This document shows, in pieces, positions 1 to 12,534 of a DNA stretch of 64,000 bases. The notes below the pieces were generated by a model. That model saw only the letters and a list, made by a program, of their open reading frames with translations. It did not search any database and was not told where the DNA came from. Numbering within the stretch: position 1 is the first letter of the stretch; each line of letters starts with the position of its first letter. The position numbers and the translations under genes are program-made. The DNA is from Octopus vulgaris (taxonomy: Eukaryota), in NCBI GenBank assembly GCA_951406725.2, contig OX597832.1:5332001-5396000 (forward strand), in the 5' to 3' direction.

Positions 1-90
1 AAGTATCACTTGAATACTGGGGTGAAAGTTATTGACTTATCCTCTCCCCTGAAATTGCTGGCCTTGTGCCAAAATTTGAAAGCAGTATCT
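1..90 (+). mobile_element. SINE family A, 3' part (cut by window edge)
   Basis: Matches the 3' half of family A copies (AAGTACCAGTTGAGYACTGGGGT...GCTGGCCTTGTGCCAAAATTTGAAA). Confidence 0.8.
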
Positions 91-1279
91 TACTGGTATC
101 TATTTTGATATTTGTAATATTGTGATCATCTAACATGATAATGTGAAAGAAAAAGGATTCCAGATAATCATTTTCAAGGAGAGGAAAAACAGGTTTGAAA
201 TATATTAGAAAAGAAATAGAAAGAAGCAGATCTTGTTTGTTTATCATCAAAGATCAATTATTCTGAATCCTTTAATTGAATGGATGGTAAATATAGAATT
301 GATTGCAAAAACTACATGCCGCTACATGTATGAACATAAAATTCATTTAAAGCATGAATGCCAATTTGCTTCATTACTCCATTAGTGGATGTTTGAAATG
401 TTATTCTTTTGAAAACTTGATGTCAGAAGCATGGAGTAATTTAATCTTAGTTTAATGACTTAAATATAATGATGAAGAATTAAAAAAAAAAATCTATTTA
501 AATATTATGGGAAAGAAGTAGGATATCGTATATTCACACATACAAGCTGCCTAAACATGTTCAAACCTGAACATGTTCCTCCCTTATGCTTATAATGAAT
601 ATGATTAATAATTACTAAGTAATAGCTTATTATAATGACATGTTGTGTTATGCAAATCTTCTTGTATTAACAATGATGTATTATTGTAAATTCTCATGAG
701 TTTATATAAGAATTGTGCTTAGAAAATGAGAACAATCTCTTTAGTATCAATAAAATGATTACTATTTCTGAGCATAAGTAAAATAATAGTAATATGCTCT
801 GAAAGATTAGCCATTTGTTCTGATGTATTAGTCTTGTATTTTGTCTTAGTAATTTTCTAAAAAGATAGTTTGTTAAATTCATGAATTACATTATTTTTAT
901 ACAAGAAAACAAAAAGTGCATTCCATGTCAATGATATGACATCATGACCAGAATTTCTTTTTATTAGAAGAAAAAAAAAAAAGGAGGAGGACAGGAGCTA
1001 AAATTTCAAATGATCAAAGAATAATCGAGATAGGGTTGGTCATAGCAAATTAATGCAAGAGCAATGAGTTAGTTCTGTTGATTTCTGCCAAATGTTTGAT
1101 TGGCTATTGTTCTTAATCAAATCTTATTAGACTGCTTAATAAAAATAACAAAAACAACAACAACAACAATTTAGCAACAAAATGCATATAGGATTAATAT
1201 AATACTAATTTGTAACATTTCTTCATAATTGATTTTTCGAAAGATTAGCCTAATATAATGTAAAGTAATTAATATTATG

Positions 1280-1630
1280 AATAGTAAACATAAATATATT
1301 TTATCATACAAAGTAATGTTTTAAATGCAGTATAGTCTTGAAAGCAGCAGAAAGATTGGGTATTTTACCATTAAAAGATGGGAAAAGTTGTCAGCAGACA
1401 GCCGTGAGACATGAACTCACACCCCTTAGATACCATTAAGATAAACTGCCTGCTGACAACAGTCTCCATCAAATTGTCTGCTGACAACTTTTTTCATCAT
1501 ATGAGGGTAAAAATATCCAATCTTTCTGCTGTTTTTACAGCAAGTCTACATTTGAAATACTATTTTCTTGTTTGTATGATATGATACACATTTGACACTT
1601 CCAAAAACAAAATATTTGTTTACATATATT
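1280..1630. mobile_element. Decayed foldback/MITE-like palindrome
   Basis: GCAGCAGAAAGATTGGGTATTTTACC...AAAGTTGTCAGCAGACA (~1344-1400) is the near reverse complement of TGTCTGCTGACAACTTTT...GGTAAAAATATCCAATCTTTCTGCTG (~1475-1531); weaker similarity extends outward. Confidence 0.7.
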
Positions 1631-1713
1631 GTTGCATAAATATATTTAGTTAATGTGTTAGAATAGAAGCCCTTTATCAAGCACAACATTTCAAAATATT
1701 ATGTCATTCTTTT

Positions 1714-1923
1714 AAGGCAGCTAGCGGAATCATTAGCATGTTGGTCAAAATGCTTAGTGGCATTTCATCTGTCTTTGCAATCTGAGTTCAAATCCTGTCA
1801 AGATTGATTTTGCCTTTCATCTTTTCAAGGTTGATAAAATAAGTAGCAGTTGAGCTCTGGGGTCAATGTAATTGACTTACTCCCTCCCTTGAAACTGCTG
1901 GCCTTATGCCAAAACTTGAAACC
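1714..1923 (+). mobile_element. SINE family A (tRNA-like head, Meta-like core), CpG-decayed
   Basis: B-box-like GAGTTCAAATC; core TTTGCCTTTCATC...GATAAAATAAGTA; flanking TSD AATATTATGTCATTC / AATATTATGCCATCC. Confidence 0.85.
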
Positions 1924-2359
1924 AATATTATGCCATCCTTTTCTCTGGCATACTGTTGTCAGTTGTCTTGGGACTTGTCCCTGAAGTATTGAGCATCTGG
2001 GGTGACTATTTAGAGACTAGCATACCATTCTTAACCTGAATTGACTGGAATATTGCTAAATTAGAAGTGGTATGACATTTTTTTCAACTGATAGTTTAAC
2101 ATTTTGTAATCTTTGCGATATAGGTGCACTTCTGTTGTTTAATTCAGATTGATTTAATACAGCCTACTGTCATTATATTTTTTACTAGTACAATGAAAAT
2201 ATCAAGGGGTGGACATCAAAATTCCTTGAGAAGGCAGTGTTGACATTCCATCATAAAACAATCCATGTGTCTGCAGTCTTCAATATAGATTAAAGTTCCA
2301 AGCAGACAGTTAAAGCTGTTAACATTGTAGCATTTGTAGCCTCATAGACTTGTGTTTGT

Positions 2360-2625
2360 CATCACCATCAGCAGCAGCATCGTCATCATTTAACAACTGT
2401 TTTCCATGCTGGCATGGATTGGACAGTTTGGTCATAGCCAGTAAGACCAGGGGCTACATCAGGCTCCATTGTCTGGTCTAGCTTGGTTTCTCTGGCTGGA
2501 TGCCTTTCCTAACACTAACCACTCCACAGAGTGTACTGGGTACTTTTCAAGTAGTACCTGCACCAGTGCTTTTAATGTGGCACCAGCATGAGTGCCTTTT
2601 ATGTAGAACTTGCACTGGCATCAAT
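2360..2625 (-). mobile_element. SINE family C (RTE-type tail ending in (GAT)n)
   Basis: Reverse complement of the copy at 9960-10240 (GTTAGGAAAGGCATCCAG...CCATGCCAGCATGGAAAAC...AAATGATGA). Confidence 0.7.
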
Positions 2626-3267
2626 TCGGCTGTGGTGGACTGGTCTTCATGTATTCATTTCCAGAAATTCCTAAAGGACCGATGTCTGAATATGATCTCT
2701 GGTAACTTTGTAATTTTTCAAAGTTCACAGTTGCTTTATTATCAGTATAGACCCAAGGCTGTAATATACAAGACAGCTTTGCTGTTTATCTAAATTTGTT
2801 GTGTTTGTATTGTAATATAACCTCAATATCATAATATTGATCTTCTCGATGACTCAACAGCCAACACACCTTTACTATTGTGGTGTCTTCCACTCCACAT
2901 TTACTGCTTTTAAATTGTCACTTATTCATTTAAACATGTTAACCTACCTATTTTTCATAGGCAATATTATATTTTCATTTCCTCCTTGGAATTATCTTTA
3001 AAAACAAATCATTTAAAGTTAGTGGTAAAATATCTAATGAAAGAAGGATTTGAATAGTTAATTAGAAATAATTATGTGATGAGGGTAGTCAATAACAATT
3101 AATATTTTATTTGTTTCTGTAAGTAAGGGAAATATGTTTTGATGTTATTATTATTATTATTATTATTGTCAGTGAAGCATTACATTTACTGTTTCTACTG
3201 AAGTAGTGACGATAGAATCTTTCAATTAATACTCAATAATGCACACAGGTTGGTGTGCATTTGAACT

Positions 3268-3480
3268 TGGCAGTTCAAATTCTGCCAAGGTCGACTTTGC
3301 CTTTCATACTTTCAAGGTTGATAAAATAAGTACCAGTTGAGTACTGGGGTTGATGTAATCAACTCACAAAGCACTCATCAAGTACTGAGATGGATTTAAA
3401 TGATTAACCTTTCCCCTCAAAATTGTTAACCTTGTACCTAAATTCAAAATTGTTAACTTTGTACCTAAATCCTAAACAAG
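3268..3480 (+). mobile_element. SINE family A, partial/rearranged
   Basis: Core GTCGACTTTGCCTTTCAT...GATAAAATAAGTACCAGTTGAG followed by a partly duplicated tail. Confidence 0.75.
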
Positions 3481-4891
3481 CATTGTTTCTTATTACTGTG
3501 GAATTAGGAATATTTAAAACAATATTTGAAATATTAATGCAGTGAAAATGGCCCAAACAGTAAACTGCCAGTCTCAGATGTACTGCACAGTCTCTATTCA
3601 GGTGTCGTAGTTTCAGGTTCAAATCCTATTGGAAATAACTTGGATTTTCACCTCTCCAAGAATTATTTATCTTTTATATTCTCCCCAATTAAAATTAGGT
3701 CTGAGTCTGATCAATTGCAATCTTCATAATTTAAATTAAATTTATATCAAGATAATACAGTATCCAATACACACATAATTTTTTTCTCAACACATATTCA
3801 CTGGTATAGATGTCATAATTTCCTATTCTCTTCACCCACTTTCTAGATCCAAGGTTGACTGTCTTGTAAGAAACATAAATAACATTCAACATGAATCTTT
3901 ACATGTGAGCAAAGATTAGTAAAATTGTATGAGCTGATGACACATCCACAGACACATATACATACATACAGATTTCACCAGCTGACATCAATCTATATGC
4001 ACATGTGAAAATACTCACGCATGCATATTTTTTCTTTAAAATGGATCAAAGATATACACATAATAACAATCTCACCTGCACACATACTGGCACTTACATA
4101 TTCTCAAAAGAAACAATGTAATTATAAAAAGAAACTTTAATAGATCTTTCATCCTGGACTTTGTGTCACAGTGTCTATATTAATAATAATCCTTATTTCA
4201 TCTTAGCTAACTCGTAAGCTGGAGTTAAGATCTGTTTAATCCAAGGTATTCTTTCATAAATGAATACTTAGCAATTGTAAGTAAATTTCCCTATGAAGAT
4301 GTAATTTGATTCAATCATCGATACAAATTGACATTAACAAGATTGCCTTAGGAAGAAAAACTAATTTAGTAGATTATCTTAATCTCAAGATAGTTTGTTA
4401 AATTAGAAATAAAAGAAATCCTCTTAGACTTTATGCCAACTCTACCCATTTTGAAAACAAAGAAGCTAATGCTTGCCACTAGAATTTGCTTTCTTTCTCC
4501 AGTGAAGAGGAAAAGTATCAGTTATTCAAATTATTCAGAATATTTTGGTTACATCATTTTGTACATCAACTTCAACTTGATTTATCGTAATTGATGTCAT
4601 GAGCTTTGTGAACGTTACTTTCACTAGTTTAATCTTATATAAACTACTATTGGTCCAAAATCTTCAGAAATTTTATTCTATTAAAAAAAAAAGAAACAAA
4701 CAAAATCCCAAAACATAAAACTTCTGTCTTTTGATCAAACAGGTTCATGCTAACTATGCTTTGCTGATAAGATCTAATAATACTGAAACATGTCTATTGT
4801 TGTCATTAACTCACTGAAACAAATACAGATTTTCCCTTAAATATGAGAATGGTATATCTTAAAATTAATTCTTAATATTTTGAAATTATCT

Positions 4892-5104
4892 AAAGCAGCA
4901 AGTGATAGAATCATTGGCACACAAAGCAAAATGCTTGGTGGCTTTTCACCTGTCTTTACTACCCGAGTTCAAATTCTGCTGACATCGACTTTACTTTTCA
5001 TCCATTCAGAGTCAATAAAATAAGTCCCAGTTGAACGCTGAAGTTGATATAACCAACTTACTCCCTCCTACAAACTTGCTGGCCTTGTGGCAGAATTGGA
5101 AACC
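4892..5104 (+). mobile_element. SINE family A, CpG-decayed
   Basis: Family A body; TSD AATATTTTGAAATTATCT at 4874 and 5105. Confidence 0.85.
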
Positions 5105-5335
5105 AATATTTTGAAATTATCTTCCCTCTCTTTTGTAAGATGCTAACAACCAAAACAAATTTTTGTTTTCTTTTTCCAATAAACCGGAAATTTCTCTTCA
5201 TTAAAAATGTTTTATGTGCATTATTCAATACAACACCACTTACTTCATGTAAAGAAATTAAGTATGTTTTTGGTTATCAAACAGAAATAATGGGAAAAAG
5301 TCCCAAGTGCTACTACCATCGATATTGAATTCATT

Positions 5336-5545
5336 GGTGAACCGGCAGAATTGTTAGCATGCCAGGTAAAATGCTTAATGGCATTTGGCCTGTCTTTATG
5401 TTTTAAGTTCAAATTTTGATAAGGTTGACTTTGCTTTTCATCCTCTCAGGGTCAATAAAATAAGTACCAGTTCAGAATTAGGGTTGAAGTAATCAACTAT
5501 CTTCAGCCTCCAAAATTTCAGGCCTTGTGCCTACTCAAAAAAATG
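5336..5545 (+). mobile_element. SINE family A, CpG-decayed
   Basis: Full head-core-tail similarity to the other family A copies. Confidence 0.8.
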
Positions 5546-6729
5546 AATATTAGAATTTGAAAAACAAATATTTTACAAGAGGTATAGCTTGCTTAATTAA
5601 TATTTAATATAGTTAAAATTAAAATATAAGTGTTAAAATTATTCAAAGACCTAAACAACATAATTAGGTAAAAATAAACAAATATAGAATAACCAATAAA
5701 AGATTTAAGGTATTAATAAGTCCTATTAATTAATTATATAAGTGCTCCATAATTAATTATTTAAACGAAGAATAATCAAGATATTTCAGTAAAAAAAAAA
5801 AAGAAGTATTCAGATGATTGGAAGATTCTTACACCATAATCAATCAAAATTTTAAAAAAATCAAAACAACAAAAAACCCCTCAAAGCATGGAGTAATAAA
5901 TCAAATACATCTTAAACGGCTTATTAATTAGAACCATATGGTGTAAGCACTGTTCATGCATTGCCCAAATACTCGATTGCATGTAGGTAGTGGTGATTTG
6001 ACCAAGTACAAATGACTAGCTTATGTAAAATGATATAGCAAACTAGAAAATATATGAATATAGTTTCATTTTCTGATGAAACATTGATTTTATAGGCTAT
6101 ATAACTGAAGTTTGATTAAACTTAGGTTTTCTAGTTTTAAAATCTTTACATACTTAATTAATCAATTCAATTCTTAAAGCCTTTCTAACAATAGTAACAT
6201 AATCTCTTCTCCTACATGTAATTGTATTACTCCAAATAATTGCCTCAATGATATTAATTGTCTTATGAACACCTTAACATATTTTGTTTATGTGCAACCA
6301 GATAATAGCATTATATCTGAAATCTACAGTAGGTTGACTGAGAACTGCTTTAAATCAACATTTCCATTTATTCAAAATCTGGAGAAAGGCATTCTACAAG
6401 AATTTTCAACTTATTTGGTTTTGAAATTCAAGCAATCTGACAATATTTAAAATTAAATGATCAAGTCTTGGACATGCTTCTCCATATATGCATTATGGGT
6501 TTCACTGAAATTTATACTGTAGATTTACTTAAAGGAAAAATCATTTTATTCCAGTACTATCATAGTTTAAACAAAAGATCTAAGATGTTAGGCTGCTGTA
6601 GGCATGCTTCCAGATATTTATTTTACAATTATTCATCCTCATTTAAATAATTCCAGGAATATTCTGAAAATAAAGAATAGCAGATGTTCTATATCTATAT
6701 TCTATATGAGTAGTAGGTATCTATTGGTC

Positions 6730-8943
6730 TTGAGAGGCCAAGGATCTGCACCCAAAGAAATCATGTCACCTGCTGATAGTGGTGCAGCATCTGTTGTGGC
6801 TGTACAGGTCCACAGAGGAGTGGTAGTCACACAGATTATCAATAGGACTATTTCTATGAATCCCTTCTGCAGGCTACCTCAACAAGGAAAGACAATGATG
6901 TTATCATTGTGACTGGTCATTTTTGGTGACACTTTGATGGATTTCATGGTGTGCATGGGGGTTACAACCTTGATTCTTGAAATGAGGAGGGAACAAGGCT
7001 GCTGGAGTTTTGTGATGTCACTGACCTGACTTACTAGTCTGCAATACTAACTTCAGGATACTTGCCAGCCATCTGATCACTTATCAATCTGGTGGGCACA
7101 CCTGCCAGATTGACTGCATCTTTGCCAGAAGCAAGGGAAAATAGATGCTTGTGAATGCAAAGTCCTTCCTAGGTGAAGTATGTACAACTCAGCCAGAGAC
7201 ACAAAGTGATATGGAAAAGGAAGTTATGGAAGCTCAAGGACCCTTCATATGCCCAGAGATCCAGAGATGTTCTAAATGAAGTATTTGATGAGAAGGAGGA
7301 AGAGAAAGAGATATATGATATAGAAGATAATTGGAAGTTCTTACAAGATAATCTAGTGATAATCTACAAATGGTTGGAGCAAAGCTTCTTCTGGACCAAG
7401 GGTGACATGATGGTAGAATGGGAGGTTGACAGAGCCATAAAAGAGAGGAGACAATCTTGGAAAGAGTGGAAAAGTGGCGGTAACAAAAAGCCATATCAGG
7501 TAACTAAAAGGGAAGCTAGGAAGCAGGTTTATCTAGCAAAGGAAGAAGCAGAAAGGAAAAGGTTTGCTCATGTCTTACAGTGTGTGGAACAGAGACTTGA
7601 GGTGTTCCAGCTTGCTAGACAGAGTGTCCGTGAGAATTGAGATGCTGTGGGAGAGAAGTGAGTATCGATGGATAATTGTATGCTTGCACATAGTGATTCT
7701 GAAAAGGAAAAGGCATAGAGCTTGCTACTATGAAAGGCTATTAAATGTGGAGAATGAATGGGAGAAAGGGTGTCCTCCCTATGTGAACCCAACAGAGGAA
7801 CCAGCTATCCTATTTAACAGAAGTATGATAAATAAGGCAATTAAAGATATGAAGACAGAGAAAGCCCCTCTTCCATCAGAAGCTATGGTTGAGGGACTTA
7901 AAATATTTGGTAGAGAAGAATACAGTCTAGTTACCCATATAGTTAACCAGGTTATTCTGGAAGGCACAATCCCTAGTGACTGATGAAGTAGCAAATTAGG
8001 CAGCTGCCTCAAAGGTGAGGCAGATGCCTTAGATAGAAGCAATTATAGAAATTGCTGAACCAGTTGATGTAAGTTATAGAGAGAGTTATAGCTAATTATT
8101 AGGTTACATGAAATGCAGTTTGGTTTTGTGCTGGGGAGAAACATTACTGACACTATTTTCTTAGTCAGGAAACTGTAAGAGAAGTGTTTAGCTAAGAATA
8201 AGCCATTGTAATTGGCATTTGTTGCTCTGGGGAATTCCTTTGACAGAGTATCTTGCTCTGTGATATGGCTTGTGTAAGTGGTACAGGTCATCTATAGGGG
8301 TACTGTTAGTTAGAAAAGAGTTAACCATGAGAGGATCTTTCAAGGATAAGAAGGCACACACATAGATCATAGCAGACAAAATTCATCTGTCATGGGCACC
8401 AGAACTCCCATATCACATAATTTTGATCCATTGGACTTTCTGTATAGTAAATTCATTACCATGAATAGAGTAATTAATTTACTATACAGAAAGGTGTTCA
8501 AAGCTCAGTTCTGAGCCCACTTCTATTCATCATCATCCTCCAGGCCATAACAGAGGAATTTAAGACTGGATGCTCATGGGAACTACAATATGTTGATGAT
8601 TTTGCTCTCATAGCAGAATCTGTAACAGAACTAGAAAAAAAAGTTCCAGGTGTGGAGACAAAACCTGGAATCGAAGATCCTTAAAGTTAACATAGCAAAG
8701 ACCAAGGTCCTAGTAAGCAACAAAACAGTCAGGACCCTACTCTCTTCAGATAAATGGCCCAACTCAACATGTAGGCAAGGTGTAGGCTGAAATTTCATTT
8801 GGTGTACCCAGTGCAAGTTATGAACATATAAGAGGTGCAGTGGAATCACAGGAAGGGTAACAAAGAATGTAGTGTTCCCGTGTGGAAGATGCATAGGAAC
8901 CATAAAGTCTACAGATACATGAGAAATTGCACCAAGTACTTAA
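6730..8943 (+). mobile_element. Decayed RTE-clade LINE (APE endonuclease + RT)
   Basis: Broken frames give NEEGTRLLEFCD, HLITYQSGGHTCQID (APE C-terminus), KLWKLKDP, MQFGFVLGRNITDTIF and SPLLFIIILQAITEEFKTGCSWELQYVDD (RT motifs); many stops and frameshifts. Confidence 0.85.
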
Positions 8944-9075
8944 ATGAGAGGCTCTTTCAAGGATAAGAAAGCACACAGATCATAGCAGACAAAATTCATC
9001 TGTCATGGGCACCAGAACTCCCATATCACATGATTTTGATCCATTGGACTTTCTTTGTGGGAAGCACTGGTCAGC
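8944..9075 (+). mobile_element. Tc1/mariner transposase fragment, duplicated at 8327-8441
   Basis: Frameshifted WAP...DFDPLDF.LWEAL resembles the WPPxSPDLNPLDFxLW motif; ~110 bp near-identical copy lies inside the RTE LINE. Confidence 0.5.
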
Positions 9076-9079
9076 TTAT

Positions 9080-9960
9080 GCCAGTCAGATCTTGCTGTTA
9101 TAATATATGGAATTTCAGCATCTTTTCAAATAGCTAGCAGGCTTATTAAAAACGAAATATTTGTGATGGAAGTTGGATATAAAGATTACTTTTTGGTAAT
9201 TTTTATATACTTCCTACAAGAACGAGTTTCAAGTATTGTGCACATTAGCAAATTTATAACACTTGTTCATTGCAAAGAATAATTCTTGACTGAGGCTTTT
9301 ATAGAATCCTCTCACGTTAGCAGCTCTATCATAACCCTGATCCCTTAAGCTTACCATCTGTAAGCTATTTATTTCCCTAAAAGACAGCTGTAGATATCTA
9401 CGTCACATATTTCAATGAAATGCTCTTTGATTTTATTATCAGAAACACAGCATACACATATAGCAAACACAGCCTATTCAGAGTGGGTAAACATCTGTAG
9501 ATTCACTCATTAAAAATTAATATATTGTGACTGTCTTGGTTTCATTTAACATTGATTTTCTTACATAAGTAGTCAAGGATTGGATTATATCATTCTGAAT
9601 ATTGTTTGAAGAAACTGACACTTGTGACTTCTTTTTAGATGAAGTTCATTGCCCCCTGTATCTAGATGGCTCTTGATTGTCCTGAAGTATTTGTCCAACA
9701 GCTGGTCCAGTTGAAGAAAGTTTCTTTTATTTAAATTTGCTCCTGTTGTGGAGATGAAAAATGATAATAGAAAATATATTAAAATGGTGAATAGAAAATA
9801 TATTAAATGTAGCAGACCACATCTTCTTGTAAACTGGCATGAACAGATACAACCATACTGGAATTAATTTTTTTCAGTTTTCTAAATCTTCATATATTTA
9901 TGAAGACTTTTGTTCTGACTGCTTGTGTTCTCAACAGATTAAATATGTTTTGAGATAAGT
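9080..9960 (-). mobile_element. Decayed hAT transposase (ZMYM1/DUF4371-like)
   Basis: Minus-strand broken frames: NKRNFLQLDQLLDKY, SNNIQNDIIQSLTTYVRK, MSESTDV, QGYDRAANVRG (cf. NxGNFLEL..IQNxII..DESTD..GQGYDGAANM). Confidence 0.75.
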
Positions 9961-10240
9961 GACCGAGACCTTTGTTGATATGTCATACTTGAGAAGACTC
10001 ATCAAGCCAAATGAAATCATAGTTGCGGCTGATGCCGGTGTTACATAACTGGCACCTGTGCTGGTGGTACAAAAACATCACCCATTACATTCTTGGAGTG
10101 GTTGGCATTAGGAAAGGCATCCAGTGATAAAAACCATACCAAATCAGATTGGAACCTGGTGCAGCTCTCCAGCTTACTAGTTTCAGTCAAACTGTCTACC
10201 CCATGCCAGGATGGCAAGCAGACGCTAAATGATGATGATG
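9960..10240 (+). mobile_element. SINE family C (RTE-type tail)
   Basis: GTTGGCATTAGGAAAGGCATCCAG motif and (GAT)n end; second copy at 2360-2625; short inverted tail copy at ~10243-10282. Confidence 0.7.
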
Positions 10241-10291
10241 ATCATCATCGTTTAGCGTCCGCTTTCCATGCTAGCATGGGTTATTGATAAT

Positions 10292-10507
10292 AATCCTTTC
10301 TACTATAGGCACAAGGCCTGAAATTTGGGGGAGGGGGATAGTTGATTACATCGACCCCAATACTCAACTGGTACTTAAATTATCAATCCTGCAAGGATGA
10401 AAGGCAAAGTTGACCTTGGCAGCATTTGAACTCAGAACACAGTGACAGACAAAATACTGCTAAGCATTTCACCTGCCATGCTAACAATTGTGTCAGCTTG
10501 CTGCCCT
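10292..10507 (-). mobile_element. SINE family A
   Basis: Reverse complement of the family A consensus. Confidence 0.8.
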
Positions 10508-10524
10508 AATGATATTGATAATAA

Positions 10525-12060
10525 TGGAAAGCTTTAACATTTCCTTTATTGCCAGGATGGTACATACATGCACGCATACATATGGTTGTGAAAAGAGAGA
10601 AAACTATAAACCAGACTAGCAACATCTCCATCAATGACTTAACTGTTTCCCCTATATCTGATGAGGAATGTTACAGGTATCTAGGGGTAGATGAAAACAT
10701 ACCTTACAATGGTACCTGTAACAAAACATGTGTCACTAAGGAATATTACGGATGAATAAAGAAAATTTGGACCTCAGAGCTCTCTGCTTTCAATAAAATA
10801 GTGGCCTACAATGTGTTTGCAGTGCCAGTACTCATACCAAAATTTGGGTTGCTTGATGAGATCTGAGCCATTGATGTGAAAACCCGGAAGATACAAAGAA
10901 GCACACATAATTTCCACATTAACAGTGATGTAGATTGCCTCTACCTAAAATGTAAACAAGGCGGCAGAGGCTTAATGTTGATCCAAAATGCCTTTGAATG
11001 TTGTATTATACCCCTTCAGCAACATCTTTTAATCACCAAGTATCAAAGTGCATCCTTTGACCAAGTTGCATACATTTAACCCTAACTTAAATACATGCCC
11101 AAAGAAGTCACATGACTACTGCAACTTATCATCAGATGAAAGGCTGAGCATACATGAGCAGAAGACCATACATGTATATGCTAATAGAAAGTTCTGAGAT
11201 GGTAGTAACGTTGATCATCAAAGCAGTCTATCATGAACCAGCAACCGGATTACTACCTCCCACTCTGAAGGGTATGCATTTACAATCTAGGAACAGGAAA
11301 TATCAACCAAATACCTGATGCACAAAAGGGACAGAGATGCAGTAAAATGTGACAACCGATGCAATAAAATGCAGTAAAAATGTGATAACCAATGCAGACA
11401 TTGTGGAGTTAACACCAAAGATATCATCCACATCATAAGCAGTTATCCAGAAATGATATCATCTCAGCATTATCTACCGATGGGATATGATGTTGTAGTT
11501 AGGACACTATATAATGAGATCTGTTGGAAAGATAACTCCAAGGACAAACAAATAAGAGCACACAGTATGGAGAAGCCATAGCCACTCATAATAAAAAGGA
11601 ACACTGGTGGAATGTCCCAGTGAAAACCTCAATAAAATGTAAACACAATAGATCTGATAATAATGATTTGGGATAGAGAAAAGAAACTCTGTACAGTTGT
11701 GGAAATCAGCTGTCCAGTGGATGTTAACATAAAGCTGAAGATCAATGAAAAAGAGAACACCTACACTGAACAATTGAGAAATCTGCAGTTACTCTATCTA
11801 GATTACAAGTTCAGATTTATACCTGTAATTATTTGGGCCCTGGGATATGTAACACACTGCCTAAATACTAATCTTGAGCAATTAGGTTTCTCAAAACCAG
11901 AAAGGAGAAAGCTGATTTGAAGATTACAGATCCAATCCATTACTGGAACTGTAAAAATCTGCAAAACTTTCCAAAAGTTTAAGTCTATATGAGCATGTCT
12001 AGATATGCAAGTATATGCATGAGAAGACACATAAAACAAAACATACAAATCTGCATACAC
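10525..12060 (+). mobile_element. 5'-truncated R4/Dong-like non-LTR retrotransposon (RT end, CCHC, restriction-like endonuclease)
   Basis: YRYLGVDE; FHINSDVDCLYLKCKQGGRGL; CRHCG..IIHIISS knuckle; IMIWDREKKLCTVVEISCP..EKENTY..FIPVII.ALGYV (RLE); multiple stops. Confidence 0.85.
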
Positions 12061-12342
12061 ACACACACACACATAATGTATATATATATAGTGTGTGTAT
12101 AATTTCCTGTCATCTGCCCTAAATCCTCAAGATTTTAAGTGGCTTAAAATTCTTTTTAATCTTAAAACAATTTGGGAAGAAGTGGTCTAAACACTTAAAA
12201 TGCAGAGACTCAAATGCTCCATCTTGAAACAAGCATTTTGTAAACAGGACTTTATTTCAATCTCTGGCACTTTTCCGCATGAAAATCGTTGGTAAACAAA
12301 ACCACAAAACACAAGTACTGTTGATCTGTGGTCTAGCTAGTG

Positions 12343-12525
12343 CATGCCCGTCACTAAAGGGGTGCACTGGACGGTACTGCCCGCCTCGCTATTCAACAGT
12401 GCACCTTCAGATTTAGTAATACACATATTTCGAAACTCCACTTTACTTTTGCAATTTTATAAATTAATGGCCATCCAGAATATTCTGAAGCACCACCCAG
12501 GTACCGAAGTCAGGCGACGGGCCTG
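12343..12525. mobile_element. hAT-type MITE (183 bp)
   Basis: TIRs CATGCCCGTCAC / GCGACGGGCCTG; 8-bp TSD AGCTAGTG (12335-12342) / ATCTAGTG (12526-12533). Confidence 0.7.
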
Positions 12526-12534
12526 ATCTAGTGT

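Noticed and set aside
2625-2760. Minus-strand 45-codon open stretch after TTACAG (PWVYTDNKATVNFEKLQSYQRSYSDIGPLG...)
   Set aside because: No recognisable domain or partner exons; it runs into a SINE and may be a retroelement remnant.
9565-9743. Apparent host exon on the minus strand with CAG acceptor and GTAAGA donor
   Set aside because: All frames contain stops, and the peptides belong to a continuous decayed hAT transposase.
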